Below are positions 11,781-21,296 of a stretch of DNA of 64,000 nucleotides, in pieces. Position 1 is the stretch's first letter, and every line of letters starts with the position of its first letter. The notes below the pieces were generated by a model. That model ran no database searches. It had not been told where the DNA came from and saw only the letters and a program-made list of their open reading frames with translations. Position numbers and translations under genes: made by a program. This stretch comes from an uncultured cyanobacterium. GTDB lineage: Bacteria; Cyanobacteriota; Cyanobacteriia; Cyanobacteriales; CAWUOF01. The stretch spans positions 5,536,001 through 5,600,000 of the forward strand of contig CAVUSO010000001.1 of NCBI GenBank assembly GCA_963744145.1. Reading direction: 5' to 3'.

Positions 11781-11799
11781 ATTGAGAATTAATATCAAT
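11781..11799. promoter_or_regulatory. Putative Fur box
   Basis: 19-bp AT-rich imperfect palindrome ATTGAGAATTAATATCAAT directly upstream of a FeoA-like ORF. Confidence 0.55.
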
Positions 11800-11820
11800 A
11801 TACTATAGAGTGTTTTGCTA

Positions 11821-12012
11821 ATGGCTACTATTAAGCTGAATAGTCTTAAGCCTGGTCAGTGGGCTAAAATTATCGGTTTGTACCTAGGTTCGGGCCTTAA
11901 ACACCGTCTCTATGCTTTCGATTTCCGTGATGGACAAGAAATTCATCTGGCGCGACCAGGCTGGTTAGCAGGGACCCAACGATCGCGACGAGATGGTGAA
12001 ACATCTACATGA
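11821..12012 (+). pseudogene. feoA: FeoA-like protein remnant, C-terminus lost
   Basis: KLNSLKPGQWAKIIGL...LKHRLYAFDFRDGQEIHLAR resembles the FeoA N-terminal two thirds; similarity ends at CGATCGCG (11980-11987); no feoB follows. Confidence 0.6.
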
Positions 12013-12236
12013 GTGGTTACTACCTGATCACCAATTAACCGATCAGATGAGCAAGATCGTGGATGGAAATGTAGTCATTTCTCAAGGGCTTTCTGAGCGA
12101 TTAACCACGAAATTGAAGATTCATTGAAGCTTGGAAATATTTCAAAATGTGACGAAAGAATAATACTGGGTTCTTCAAGTAAAGATTCAGGTTATTTACT
12201 TAACCAAAAATCCCATTCAATGAGGAGTTTTTCAGA

Positions 12237-13289
12237 ATGTCAAAAAGACGTTTATTTGTAGGTGATCTAGCACCTGAATTTATTTTACCATCTCATCAAG
12301 GAACAATGGTAACATCTGAATATCTATGTGGTAAACCTTTAGTAATAGTTTTTTACGGAACTGATCAGCGTCATGAAGCGATCGCCCAAATATGTAGTTT
12401 CAGAGATTTATATTCTCAATTTCAAAACTTAGGTGCTAATGTAATTTCAATCAGTATGGATTCAGTAGAATTTCGTTGCGAATTTGCGAAAAAATACAAA
12501 TTACCATTTTTTCTATTGTCCGATGTCAATTATGAAATTAGCACAGCATTTAATGTCTGTGAAAAAATTACTAGCAATGGTCAGAATGGATTGATTTTTT
12601 ATCGCAAAATATTTTTGCTTGATGCTAACAGGAAAATCACCAAAATTTATGACCAAGTAGATCCTCATACCGATGTGTTACAGGTAATAGAGGATTTAAA
12701 AAAGCTAGTAGCAAAAAAGACATCACATCAAATTTTTATGCAAGCACCTGTGCTATTAATATCAGATGTTTTTGATGCTGAATTTTGTCAAAAGCTGATC
12801 CATATTTGGAAAACTAAAGGTAATTTTGACTCTGGGTTTCCCCAGCAACCAGATGGTGAAAATACCAGAGCTTATCAACCTAATTACAGTCATAAAATTA
12901 GACAAGATCATATTCTCCAAGGAGAAGATTTACAAGAGGTACTCGATTTGATTAGCACCAGAATTTTTCCAGAAATATGGAAAGCATTTAATTATCAAGT
13001 CAATCGCTGTAATGAATCTCGAGTCATTTGTTATGATAGCGATCGCGGTGGTTACTTTCGACCTCATCGTGATAATACCAATCCGGATCAAGCCCATCGA
13101 AAATTTGCTTTGACCATTAATTTGAATGTGGGAGAATATGAAGGTGCATATTTAAAATTTCCGGAATATGGACTTGATTTATATCAACCAGAAACAGGTG
13201 GTGCTGTGATTTTTTCTTGTTCATTATTACATGAAGTTACTGATATCACAGCCGGCAAACGTTTTGCAATTAGAGCTTTTATTGATTGA
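12237..13289 (+). CDS. AhpC/TSA (BCP-like) redoxin domain fused to a 2OG-Fe(II) oxygenase
   Basis: N-terminal GDLAPEFIL...ISISMDS...FAKKYKLPFFLLSD; C-terminal FRPHRDN, YEGAYLKFPE, LLHEV, GKRF. Confidence 0.85.
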   Translation: MSKRRLFVGDLAPEFILPSHQGTMVTSEYLCGKPLVIVFYGTDQRHEAIAQICSFRDLYSQFQNLGANVISISMDSVEFRCEFAKKYKLPFFLLSDVNYEISTAFNVCEKITSNGQNGLIFYRKIFLLDANRKITKIYDQVDPHTDVLQVIEDLKKLVAKKTSHQIFMQAPVLLISDVFDAEFCQKLIHIWKTKGNFDSGFPQQPDGENTRAYQPNYSHKIRQDHILQGEDLQEVLDLISTRIFPEIWKAFNYQVNRCNESRVICYDSDRGGYFRPHRDNTNPDQAHRKFALTINLNVGEYEGAYLKFPEYGLDLYQPETGGAVIFSCSLLHEVTDITAGKRFAIRAFID

Positions 13290-13339
13290 CAATGTTCAAT
13301 TATTTGCCAGTTGCTTAGACACCCATCACTTAATCCTAC

Positions 13340-13978
13340 CTAAATTCCTGCTCCAAAGGAAATAATTTGCTCTACTGTCAGGTTTAAATTGGGGAAAAAT
13401 CGAGACTTAATCAGATCATTCCCTGTAAAACTCTTAAACTCGTATTCCCGTTCCACTAAAATGCTAGACGCAATCACCAATTCTCCAATCGAGATCGTTG
13501 GTTGCTGAATTTTTGGATTCTTACGGTTAGGATAACGACTGACAGTAAATAGCGGATCAATAATCCATAACTCACTCACTCCAAAAGCAGCATACCACAG
13601 AGGTTTGTAACGATAATCCTCTTCCCAATTTGTGCTAACAATTTCAATCACAACGCTGGGAGGTACTCTCAAAACTGCTTCTGACTGGGTTTGTTGGTTC
13701 CAGGAATTCCGATCAATCGCAATCAGGTCAGGTTTACGAGTATCTTTAGGTCCTAACTCCAACACTGGTTTCGGATGGATTAGTAATCCCAATTGTTCAG
13801 TTCTGCTTTCCAATCTGAGTTCTACCAAAAGTTCAGACCGAAGATTTTCATGTTCTCCCGAAGGTTCAGCCATCGGTACTATAATTCCTTGAACAAGTTC
13901 GTATTCCTGTCCTTCTGGTAAGTCTAAACTTAGAAACTCTTCTACAGTGTAGGTGGGAAATTGGACAGAAGTAAGCAT
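13340..13978 (-). CDS. Uma2 family putative endonuclease
   Basis: YELVQGIIVPMAEPSGEH, RKPDL, VIEIVSTNWEEDY, ELWIIDP. Confidence 0.9.
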   Translation of the reverse strand: MLTSVQFPTYTVEEFLSLDLPEGQEYELVQGIIVPMAEPSGEHENLRSELLVELRLESRTEQLGLLIHPKPVLELGPKDTRKPDLIAIDRNSWNQQTQSEAVLRVPPSVVIEIVSTNWEEDYRYKPLWYAAFGVSELWIIDPLFTVSRYPNRKNPKIQQPTISIGELVIASSILVEREYEFKSFTGNDLIKSRFFPNLNLTVEQIISFGAGI

Positions 13979-14184
13979 ATTAGAGGTTTTTCAATCAGAA
14001 ATATAATTTAATAATGATCACATTCAACCAACTATTTTGAAAAAATCCGCGGACAACTGCCAGATCGCGATCGCAGTTTGAGTTACAGGATCGGTAACAT
14101 TGATATTTAGCATAGCACCTCCCTAACATTTCAGCCAATTCAGGAAAAAACAACTACCTGATGATCACCAAATTTTGGTCAAAA

Positions 14185-15696
14185 TCAAACAATTTCTTCT
14201 GACTGCTCCATTTTAAATATTGGCAACAACACATTAAATGTAGAGCCTTTACCCAAATGACTTTTAACCGAAATTGAACCACCACAATGGAGAACAAGTT
14301 GTCGTACAATTGTTAAACCTAAACCCGCTGCAGCCGGATTTTCATCAGTAGTTTGTCTACCGCGATAAAAACAGTCAAAAATTTTCGGAATTTCAGTCGG
14401 AGGAATCCCCACACCAGTATCGCGAATTTCTAATTGCACATAATCATCTACTTGACTGACCCTGACCCAAATTTCGCCACCACTGGGCGTAAATTTCAGA
14501 CAGTTATTTAATAAATTGAGAACAATTTGTTTGAGCCATGCTTTTAAACATGAAATGGGCGGGATATGTTCTGGAATATTATAGGCAAGCATAATTCCTT
14601 TTTCTTGAGCAAGGGGTTGATAGGTACTGACAATTCCGGGCACAATATCGACTAAAGATAAAGATTCCCAAGCCAAATGATCCATCGCTTGATCTAACTG
14701 AATTAAGTTCAGTAAACCCGTAATCCGCGAAGTTTGCCGATCGCATTCCAGATTTAATAATTGTAAATAACGCAAACGCTGTTCTGGTTTTAAATGGGAG
14801 GAACCCAACAAAGTTAGGGCAGTCTTCATATTAGTTAAAGGTGTGCGTAATTCTTGACCAACATTGTTGAGAAATTCATCTTTAAGTCTGAGAGTATCTA
14901 ATAACTCTTCATTCCGCTGTCGCAAAGCTTGGGTTTCTGCTGCACTAGCACGATCTTGAATTGCCCGATGGGAAATTTCTTCTTGACGCTGAATTTGTTT
15001 CGCGAATAATTTACTGAACCATTGCAGCTGAGAAGATTGGGCAGAATCTGGGAGCTTAAACAAACAATCTTCAGCCGCAAAATATTCTAATTTTGGATCA
15101 GCGATCGCTTGCTGTGGATCGAGATCAAACCCAATTACTTGTTTGAGTCCTGACCATACCCGCTCAATGATCTGACGCTCAAATCCAAACACCGCAAGGA
15201 GAGGATGCTGTCTTTCCTTAGCTCCCGTCTTGACTGATTTTGATAATTGGACCGAACGGGGAGAATGAGCAATAATTAACCCACAAAATTCGGTTGACAT
15301 GATTAACAGAAAATATTCTAAATCTAAGCGACTTTGGGGTGCTAACTTAATGGACTGAATCGGTGACCAACCTGGTTCCCGAGCAAATTTTTGGTCGAGA
15401 TAGATTGGTTGACTTTTTTCTTTACCTAGTTCTCGCTCATCTCGATCATGGTGACATAAGTATATTTTTGATTTAATATCACTATGCTGATAGCGTAAAA
15501 CTTCATCTTCCCATCCTGGTGCTGCTTTGAGCCAGATCGTGGCTGAAATTTGTTGCTCAATCAGCAAGTCTACTATGCTACCCACCATTGATTGGAGAGT
15601 AGAAAGACTGACTTGCAAAGGTTGAGGAGGATGCTCAGAATTGATCGCAAGCTCATATAGAGAGAGGTCTTGAGTTAGTTGTGAATACATATACAA
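14185..15696 (-). CDS. DICT-type sensory domain protein with HisKA/HATPase module (H-box His replaced by Gln)
   Basis: GQELRTPL; NLLNNCLKFT; DTGVGI; GLGL; N-terminal EYFLLIMSTEFCGLI sensory region. Confidence 0.8.
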   Translation of the reverse strand: MYMYSQLTQDLSLYELAINSEHPPQPLQVSLSTLQSMVGSIVDLLIEQQISATIWLKAAPGWEDEVLRYQHSDIKSKIYLCHHDRDERELGKEKSQPIYLDQKFAREPGWSPIQSIKLAPQSRLDLEYFLLIMSTEFCGLIIAHSPRSVQLSKSVKTGAKERQHPLLAVFGFERQIIERVWSGLKQVIGFDLDPQQAIADPKLEYFAAEDCLFKLPDSAQSSQLQWFSKLFAKQIQRQEEISHRAIQDRASAAETQALRQRNEELLDTLRLKDEFLNNVGQELRTPLTNMKTALTLLGSSHLKPEQRLRYLQLLNLECDRQTSRITGLLNLIQLDQAMDHLAWESLSLVDIVPGIVSTYQPLAQEKGIMLAYNIPEHIPPISCLKAWLKQIVLNLLNNCLKFTPSGGEIWVRVSQVDDYVQLEIRDTGVGIPPTEIPKIFDCFYRGRQTTDENPAAAGLGLTIVRQLVLHCGGSISVKSHLGKGSTFNVLLPIFKMEQSEEIV

Positions 15697-15815
15697 AAAG
15701 TGGCAAAAGGGTCGTGATGTATTTTACTCTGCTATTTTTAGCAAAACTTCATCAATCTATCTCGATCCTAATGCTTTCAATCCCAGATTGCCTTCAACAA
15801 ATTTAAATTTACAAT

Positions 15816-17312
15816 TCACCTAGACAAGCGTTCTGTTAAAGCTGATATTGCTTGTTCTCGGTCATCAAAATGAATTTTTTCTGTGCCGAGAATTTGATAG
15901 TCTTCGTGACCTTTACCAGCAATCAATACACCATCTCCTGGTTGTGCCTGTAAAATAGCAGTGAGAATTGCTTGAGCGCGATCGCTGTTAACGACTGGCT
16001 TGACACCATCGGGAATTCCCCGTAATATATCTTGCAAAATTTTGTCTGGATCTTCAGTGCGGGGATTATCGGAAGTAACTACTACCCGATCTGCTAATTC
16101 AGCGGCAATTTTTCCCATTTGAGGACGTTTAGTCCGATCGCGATCGCCTCCACAGCCAAATACACAAATCATTTTTCCCGGAATAAATGGACGGGATGCT
16201 TTGAGTAAATTTTCCAAGCTATCTGGGGTATGAGCATAATCGACTATGACACTAATATCTTGCTGAGAATTAACTTGGACTCGTTCCATTCGTCCCGGTA
16301 CTCCCGGAAAATTCGCTAATGCTGTCACAATGGGGACTAACTCTAGTCCCAACTCTAAAGCAGCTCCCACTGATGCTAAGAAATTGGCCACATTATATTG
16401 TCCCACCAAAGGCAAGGAAAAAGCTGTATTACCTTTGGGTGTATGCAAAATTCCTTTGACACCTGTTGGTTCATAAATCAGATTTTCTGTCCACAAATCT
16501 GCTTGGGGATGATTGGTGCTATAACTCCAAACCTGTTCTGGACTTAACATGGTAATTAATCGCTGACCATAAGCATCATCTGCATTAATCACAGCGCGAC
16601 CCTGGAGATAATTAGAGCTAAATAATAAGGCTTTAGCTTGAAAATAAGCCTCCATATCTTGGTGAAAATCTAAATGGTCTTGAGTCAGATTGGTAAATAC
16701 CGCTACCTGAAACGGACAACCTAACACTCGCGATTGGGCTAAAGCATGGGAACTAACTTCCATCACTCCAAACTTACATCCAGCTTGGACTGCACTAGCT
16801 AATTGTGCTTGCAACTCTACCGCAAAAGGAGTAGTATGAATCGCTGTTTTTTCAGATCCTGGCCATCTAACATACAATGTTCCTAATAAAGCTGTCAATA
16901 AGCCAGTCTGAGATAATAAAAATTCGATTAAATGAGTAGTGGTAGTTTTCCCATTCGTACCAGTCACCCCAACTAACTTGATTTTTTGACCAGGATAGTC
17001 ATAAAAAGCTGTCGCAATCTGGGCACAAGCTTGGGGGATATCAGCACAGGAAATTAAATAAGCATTTTTTCTGGCTTCCTCTGGTTGCTTTTGGACTGCA
17101 CTAGGGGATACTACAGCCGCGATCGCACCCGCGGCGATCGCACTTGGCCAAAAATCGCCCCCATCTACTCTAGTCCCGGGCATCCCGATAAATAAATCTC
17201 CCGGTTGACAAGTATGGGAATTAGTACATAAACCCTTGACTTCGGTATCTAGGGCTGGATGGTTGATTATTTCCAGATTGGGAATATTTATTAATAAATC
17301 CCTTAATTTCAT
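15816..17312 (-). CDS. murE: UDP-N-acetylmuramoyl-L-alanyl-D-glutamate--2,6-diaminopimelate ligase
   Basis: GVTGTNGKTT, MEVSSH, TNLTQDHLD, DYAHTPD, DNPR, GKGHE; likely start MKLRDLL at 17312. Confidence 0.96.
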   Translation of the reverse strand: MKLRDLLINIPNLEIINHPALDTEVKGLCTNSHTCQPGDLFIGMPGTRVDGGDFWPSAIAAGAIAAVVSPSAVQKQPEEARKNAYLISCADIPQACAQIATAFYDYPGQKIKLVGVTGTNGKTTTTHLIEFLLSQTGLLTALLGTLYVRWPGSEKTAIHTTPFAVELQAQLASAVQAGCKFGVMEVSSHALAQSRVLGCPFQVAVFTNLTQDHLDFHQDMEAYFQAKALLFSSNYLQGRAVINADDAYGQRLITMLSPEQVWSYSTNHPQADLWTENLIYEPTGVKGILHTPKGNTAFSLPLVGQYNVANFLASVGAALELGLELVPIVTALANFPGVPGRMERVQVNSQQDISVIVDYAHTPDSLENLLKASRPFIPGKMICVFGCGGDRDRTKRPQMGKIAAELADRVVVTSDNPRTEDPDKILQDILRGIPDGVKPVVNSDRAQAILTAILQAQPGDGVLIAGKGHEDYQILGTEKIHFDDREQAISALTERLSR

Positions 17313-17351
17313 CTGTTTCTTCTCCCTCAATAGTTTAATTATTTTATGACT

Positions 17352-17375
17352 GTGGGACAGGCATCTTGCCTGTCC
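17352..17375. repeat. REP-like palindrome
   Basis: GTGGGACAGGCATCTTGCCTGTCC; related inverted copy at 20048-20071. Confidence 0.6.
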
Positions 17376-17377
17376 GA

Positions 17378-17647
17378 TCAATATTTCTCTAGCTTTTTCT
17401 GCAATTGTGCCACCGTCAGCCGAGGTGACAAACGCGGTAATACTTCTTCTTTTAACTCTGCACCTGTTTCACTCTTAATTTCTTTGCACAGCACAGGGAT
17501 TTCAAATTGATATGCAGCCCACCAATCCTCACGAGTAGTAATATCTCGAATTTCTAGCTCAAAGCTGGGGTTAGGGATCTGTTCTAATTTTTCTTTTAGC
17601 CCTTCACACAGGTGGCACCCAGGTTTACTATACAAAATTAAACGCAT
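17378..17647 (-). CDS. Glutaredoxin-like protein (DUF836)
   Basis: YSKPGCHLC and YQFEIPVL motifs. Confidence 0.9.
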   Translation of the reverse strand: MRLILYSKPGCHLCEGLKEKLEQIPNPSFELEIRDITTREDWWAAYQFEIPVLCKEIKSETGAELKEEVLPRLSPRLTVAQLQKKLEKY

Positions 17648-17951
17648 GATTTACCTAATCTTGATATTCGGCAGCAATGATTACACATATTACTAGATTT
17701 TGGTCACCATCACCCCTATTTTACGATCGAATAGTCATTATATCCTTAAAGATAAAAATCGATCTAACCCTTGATCTGACGACAAGATTAGCCATTTATA
17801 ATTACTGATTCATCAAACCGATAAATAAAAGTGATTCAATGGATAAAATTTTACGAAAGTAATTGAGAGAAAAGCTCCTGTTTTTACATCAAGTTATGGA
17901 TGTTTATGTTTTAGACTAGGTGATAGAAAAAGTTAAAAGTCAACCAAGATC

Positions 17952-18686
17952 ATGAATTATTCCTCACCAGCGCTGGTCGAAACTATTGCCAAATTCGATC
18001 TAAATGAACTCAATGAACGCTTTAATTCAGCCCATCCCAAGGAAATTCTAAGCTGGTGTGTGACAAATGTCCCCACTGGTTTAATCCAAACCAGCGCTTT
18101 TAATGTGGATGATCTGGTAATCACCGATCTTTTATATCGCGATCTCAAACCAGCCAAAAGAGTACCCGTATTATTTCTCGATACCCTCTATCACTTCCCC
18201 CAAACTCTCGAATTAGTCGATCGAGCCAAAGAAATCTATAATCTGGATTTGCAGACTTACAAAACTCCCAATGTTAATTCCCGAGCTGAATTTGCTGCTT
18301 TATACGGTGATGCTCTGTGGGATAAAGATATTCTCAAATTTCACGAAATTACCAAAATTGAACCACTCAAGCGCGGTTTAAATGAATTAAACACCATTGC
18401 TTGGATTACTGGTCGTCGTCGTGACCAAGCTGTCACTCGAGCAGAAATGCCAGTTTTAGAGCAAGATGGAGAAGGTCGTCTCAAAGTAAATCCCTTAGCT
18501 AGCTGGACTCGCAATCAAAGCTGGGCTTATGCGACTGAACACAAGATGATCTATAATCCATTGCATGATCAAGGTTATCCCAGTATTGGTGATGAACCAA
18601 TTACCACACCAGTTGGAGAAGGTGAAGATGAACGTGCTGGTCGTTGGAGGGGTAGTGAAAAAACTGAATGTGGTATTCATCTCTAA
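17952..18686 (+). CDS. cysH: Phosphoadenosine phosphosulfate reductase
   Basis: FLDTLYHF, WITGRRRDQ, GYPSIGD, ERAGRW, KTECGIH. Confidence 0.95.
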   Translation: MNYSSPALVETIAKFDLNELNERFNSAHPKEILSWCVTNVPTGLIQTSAFNVDDLVITDLLYRDLKPAKRVPVLFLDTLYHFPQTLELVDRAKEIYNLDLQTYKTPNVNSRAEFAALYGDALWDKDILKFHEITKIEPLKRGLNELNTIAWITGRRRDQAVTRAEMPVLEQDGEGRLKVNPLASWTRNQSWAYATEHKMIYNPLHDQGYPSIGDEPITTPVGEGEDERAGRWRGSEKTECGIHL

Positions 18687-18693
18687 CTAAAAC

Positions 18694-20034
18694 ATGATTA
18701 AAATCCTTCATCTGTCCGATATTCACATGGGAAGTAGCTTTTCCCACGGTCGGGTTAATCCAGAAACTGGTCAAAATACCCGTTTGGAGGATTTTGTCAC
18801 CACATTAGGACGCTGTATAGACCGCGCGATCGCTGAACCTGTTGATCTAGTGTTATTTGGTGGTGATGCTTTTCCTGATGCTACACCACCCCCTTTTGTC
18901 CAAGAAGCTTTTGCGAGTCAATTTCATCGCTTGGTCGATGCGGCGATTCCTACGGTATTATTAGTAGGCAATCATGATCAGCACTCTCAGGGTAAAGGTG
19001 GTGCTAGTCTTTGTATCTATAGAACTTTAGGTGTACCTGGGTTTATTGTTGGCGATCGGTTCGAGACTCATCACCTGCAAACTCGTCATGGTCCGATCCA
19101 AGTGATTACTCTCCCCTGGCTCACTCGAGCGACCTTAATGACCCGTCAGGAGACGGAAAATCTAGCCATTTCTGATGTTAATCAGTTATTAATCGAACGT
19201 CTACGAGTGGTGTTAGAAGCTCAGATTCGTCAGTTAAAACCAGATGTACCCACAGTATTATTGGGTCATTTAATGGTAGATCGAGCTGAATATGGAGCAG
19301 AACGTTTTTTAGCAATGGGTAAGGGTTTTACAATTCCCATCTCTCTATTAATTCGAGATTGTTTTGATTATGTAGCTTTAGGTCATGTTCACTGTCATCA
19401 AAATTTGAACAAGTCTAATGATCCTCCGATTATCTATCCTGGTAGCATTGAGCGAGTAGATTTTAGTGAGGAGAAAGAAGAAAAAGGATTTGTCCTGGTA
19501 AAAGTAGAGAAAGGATGGAGAGAATGGGAATTTTGTCCCTTACCGGTTCGTCCTTTTCAAACGATTGAAGTAGATCTATCAGCAACTGAAGATCCTCAAA
19601 CAGCTTTAATTAAAGCAATTCAGAAAAAGAAAATCCAAGATGCCGTGGTAAGATTAATTTATAAACTGCGTTCTGATCAATTAGATAAAATTGATAATGC
19701 GGCTATTCATGTTGCTTTAAAATCTGCACACAACTATACTATCCAAGCTGAATTAGTTAGTCAATTAGCCCGACCTCGTTTACCTGAGTTAGGAGTAGGG
19801 AGTAGTATTGATCCCTTAGCAGCATTAAAAACCTACTTAACTAATCGTCAAGACCTAAAAGACCTAGAAACAGAAATGCTAGAAGCAGCACAAGTTCTCC
19901 TAGCTAATGAAGCAGAATCATGGTTGGAATTAGCTGAATCGGAGTCTCTAGAAAATCCCTCTACAGAAATTGCTAAAACCGCGATCGCTCAATCCTTACC
20001 AACTGATGACCACGGTCAATTGCGTTTATTATAA
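18694..20034 (+). CDS. sbcD: Exonuclease SbcCD subunit D
   Basis: HLSDIH, GGDAF, GNHD, ALGHVH, YPGSIERVDFSE. Confidence 0.93.
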   Translation: MIKILHLSDIHMGSSFSHGRVNPETGQNTRLEDFVTTLGRCIDRAIAEPVDLVLFGGDAFPDATPPPFVQEAFASQFHRLVDAAIPTVLLVGNHDQHSQGKGGASLCIYRTLGVPGFIVGDRFETHHLQTRHGPIQVITLPWLTRATLMTRQETENLAISDVNQLLIERLRVVLEAQIRQLKPDVPTVLLGHLMVDRAEYGAERFLAMGKGFTIPISLLIRDCFDYVALGHVHCHQNLNKSNDPPIIYPGSIERVDFSEEKEEKGFVLVKVEKGWREWEFCPLPVRPFQTIEVDLSATEDPQTALIKAIQKKKIQDAVVRLIYKLRSDQLDKIDNAAIHVALKSAHNYTIQAELVSQLARPRLPELGVGSSIDPLAALKTYLTNRQDLKDLETEMLEAAQVLLANEAESWLELAESESLENPSTEIAKTAIAQSLPTDDHGQLRLL

Positions 20035-20047
20035 GCCAAAATAACTA

Positions 20048-20071
20048 GGACAGTCAAGATGACTGTCCCAC
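20048..20071. repeat. REP-like palindrome downstream of sbcD
   Basis: GGACAGTCAAGATGACTGTCCCAC; same family as 17352-17375. Confidence 0.6.
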
Positions 20072-20273
20072 ATGATCGGCTCTAGGTTCTCTTCATGTAA
20101 AGTTTTATAACAAAATCCAGTTGGCTGCATAAAAAGCTACTTCCTGACCAGATATACGGATAGGAATGAAATCGACTGTAGAAAAGCAATAGAGTCGGTT
20201 AGGTAACATGGGTGATTGTTACCAGCAAGATAATGTTGTGAGCTGCTGATGTAATTTATATGAGGTTTGGATC

Positions 20274-21152
20274 ATGCTTAAGTCCAATCAAAATCACATA
20301 GTTTTAACTATTCTGACCTTATTGACCATAATTGCGGTTTGGGGACAAATTGCGATCGCGATGCAAACGGAAAGGGGCAAAAATAAACTATTATCAATTG
20401 GCAGTAACCCCAACCTAATCGCACAACAAAAAACCTTGTTCGTTAACCCAGTTACCGGAAATGACTCAGCCAGTGGCGAAAACGACGGCAATCCTTTACG
20501 CACTATTAGTGTAGCATTACAAAAAGCCGATTCAGGCACAACCATTCAGTTACTTTCCGGACAATATGGTAAAGAAGAAACTTTTCCGTTAGTCCTCAAA
20601 CCGGGAGTAATTTTAAAAGGTACTACTGATAAACAAGGTCAAGAAGTAATCATCAAGGGTGGTGGTAGGCATCTTAGCCCTTCATTCGCTAAACAAAATG
20701 TCACCATTGTTACCAGTGACAATAATCAAATTATTGGTGTCACAATTACTGATGATCAGGTGCGGGGTACAGGAATCTGGGTCGAAAATAGTAATCCCCT
20801 GATCAGTAATAGCACTTTTATCTTCAACCAGCGGGAGGGAATTTTTGTCACTGGTCAGTCAAACCCAAACATTCAGAGTAATGTCTTTAAATATAATTCG
20901 GGTAATGGGATTGCGGTTACAGGGGAAGCAAAGGGGGAAATTATGGATGATGTGTTTGAACAAACTGGTTACGGGATAGTGATTGGTGGTTCATCAGCTC
21001 CCAGAGTCAAAAATAGCCAATTTCGGAAAAATCGAAGTGGAATTCTCATTAATGAGAATGCGAAACCAACTCTTGATGGCAATATCATGGAAAATAACAC
21101 TGATTATGATATCTGTGACCTGACTGGCAACTTTGGGGGATGTAAAAAATAA
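20274..21152 (+). CDS. DUF1565 / parallel beta-helix secreted protein
   Basis: Signal peptide; LFVNPVTGND...PLRTISVAL, ETFPL, RGTGIWVE and beta-helix repeats. Confidence 0.85.
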   Translation: MLKSNQNHIVLTILTLLTIIAVWGQIAIAMQTERGKNKLLSIGSNPNLIAQQKTLFVNPVTGNDSASGENDGNPLRTISVALQKADSGTTIQLLSGQYGKEETFPLVLKPGVILKGTTDKQGQEVIIKGGGRHLSPSFAKQNVTIVTSDNNQIIGVTITDDQVRGTGIWVENSNPLISNSTFIFNQREGIFVTGQSNPNIQSNVFKYNSGNGIAVTGEAKGEIMDDVFEQTGYGIVIGGSSAPRVKNSQFRKNRSGILINENAKPTLDGNIMENNTDYDICDLTGNFGGCKK

Positions 21153-21296
21153 TTACAGTCAACCGCTTTGGACTAGATGTCAAGGATAAATATCCAAATA
21201 TGCTACCTGACCGATATGATAGAAAGGTAGTATATTTTTTTAATGCCTTTGATATGATGCAACCAGGCAGAAAAATCAGGGAAAGCACCGGAGGTT

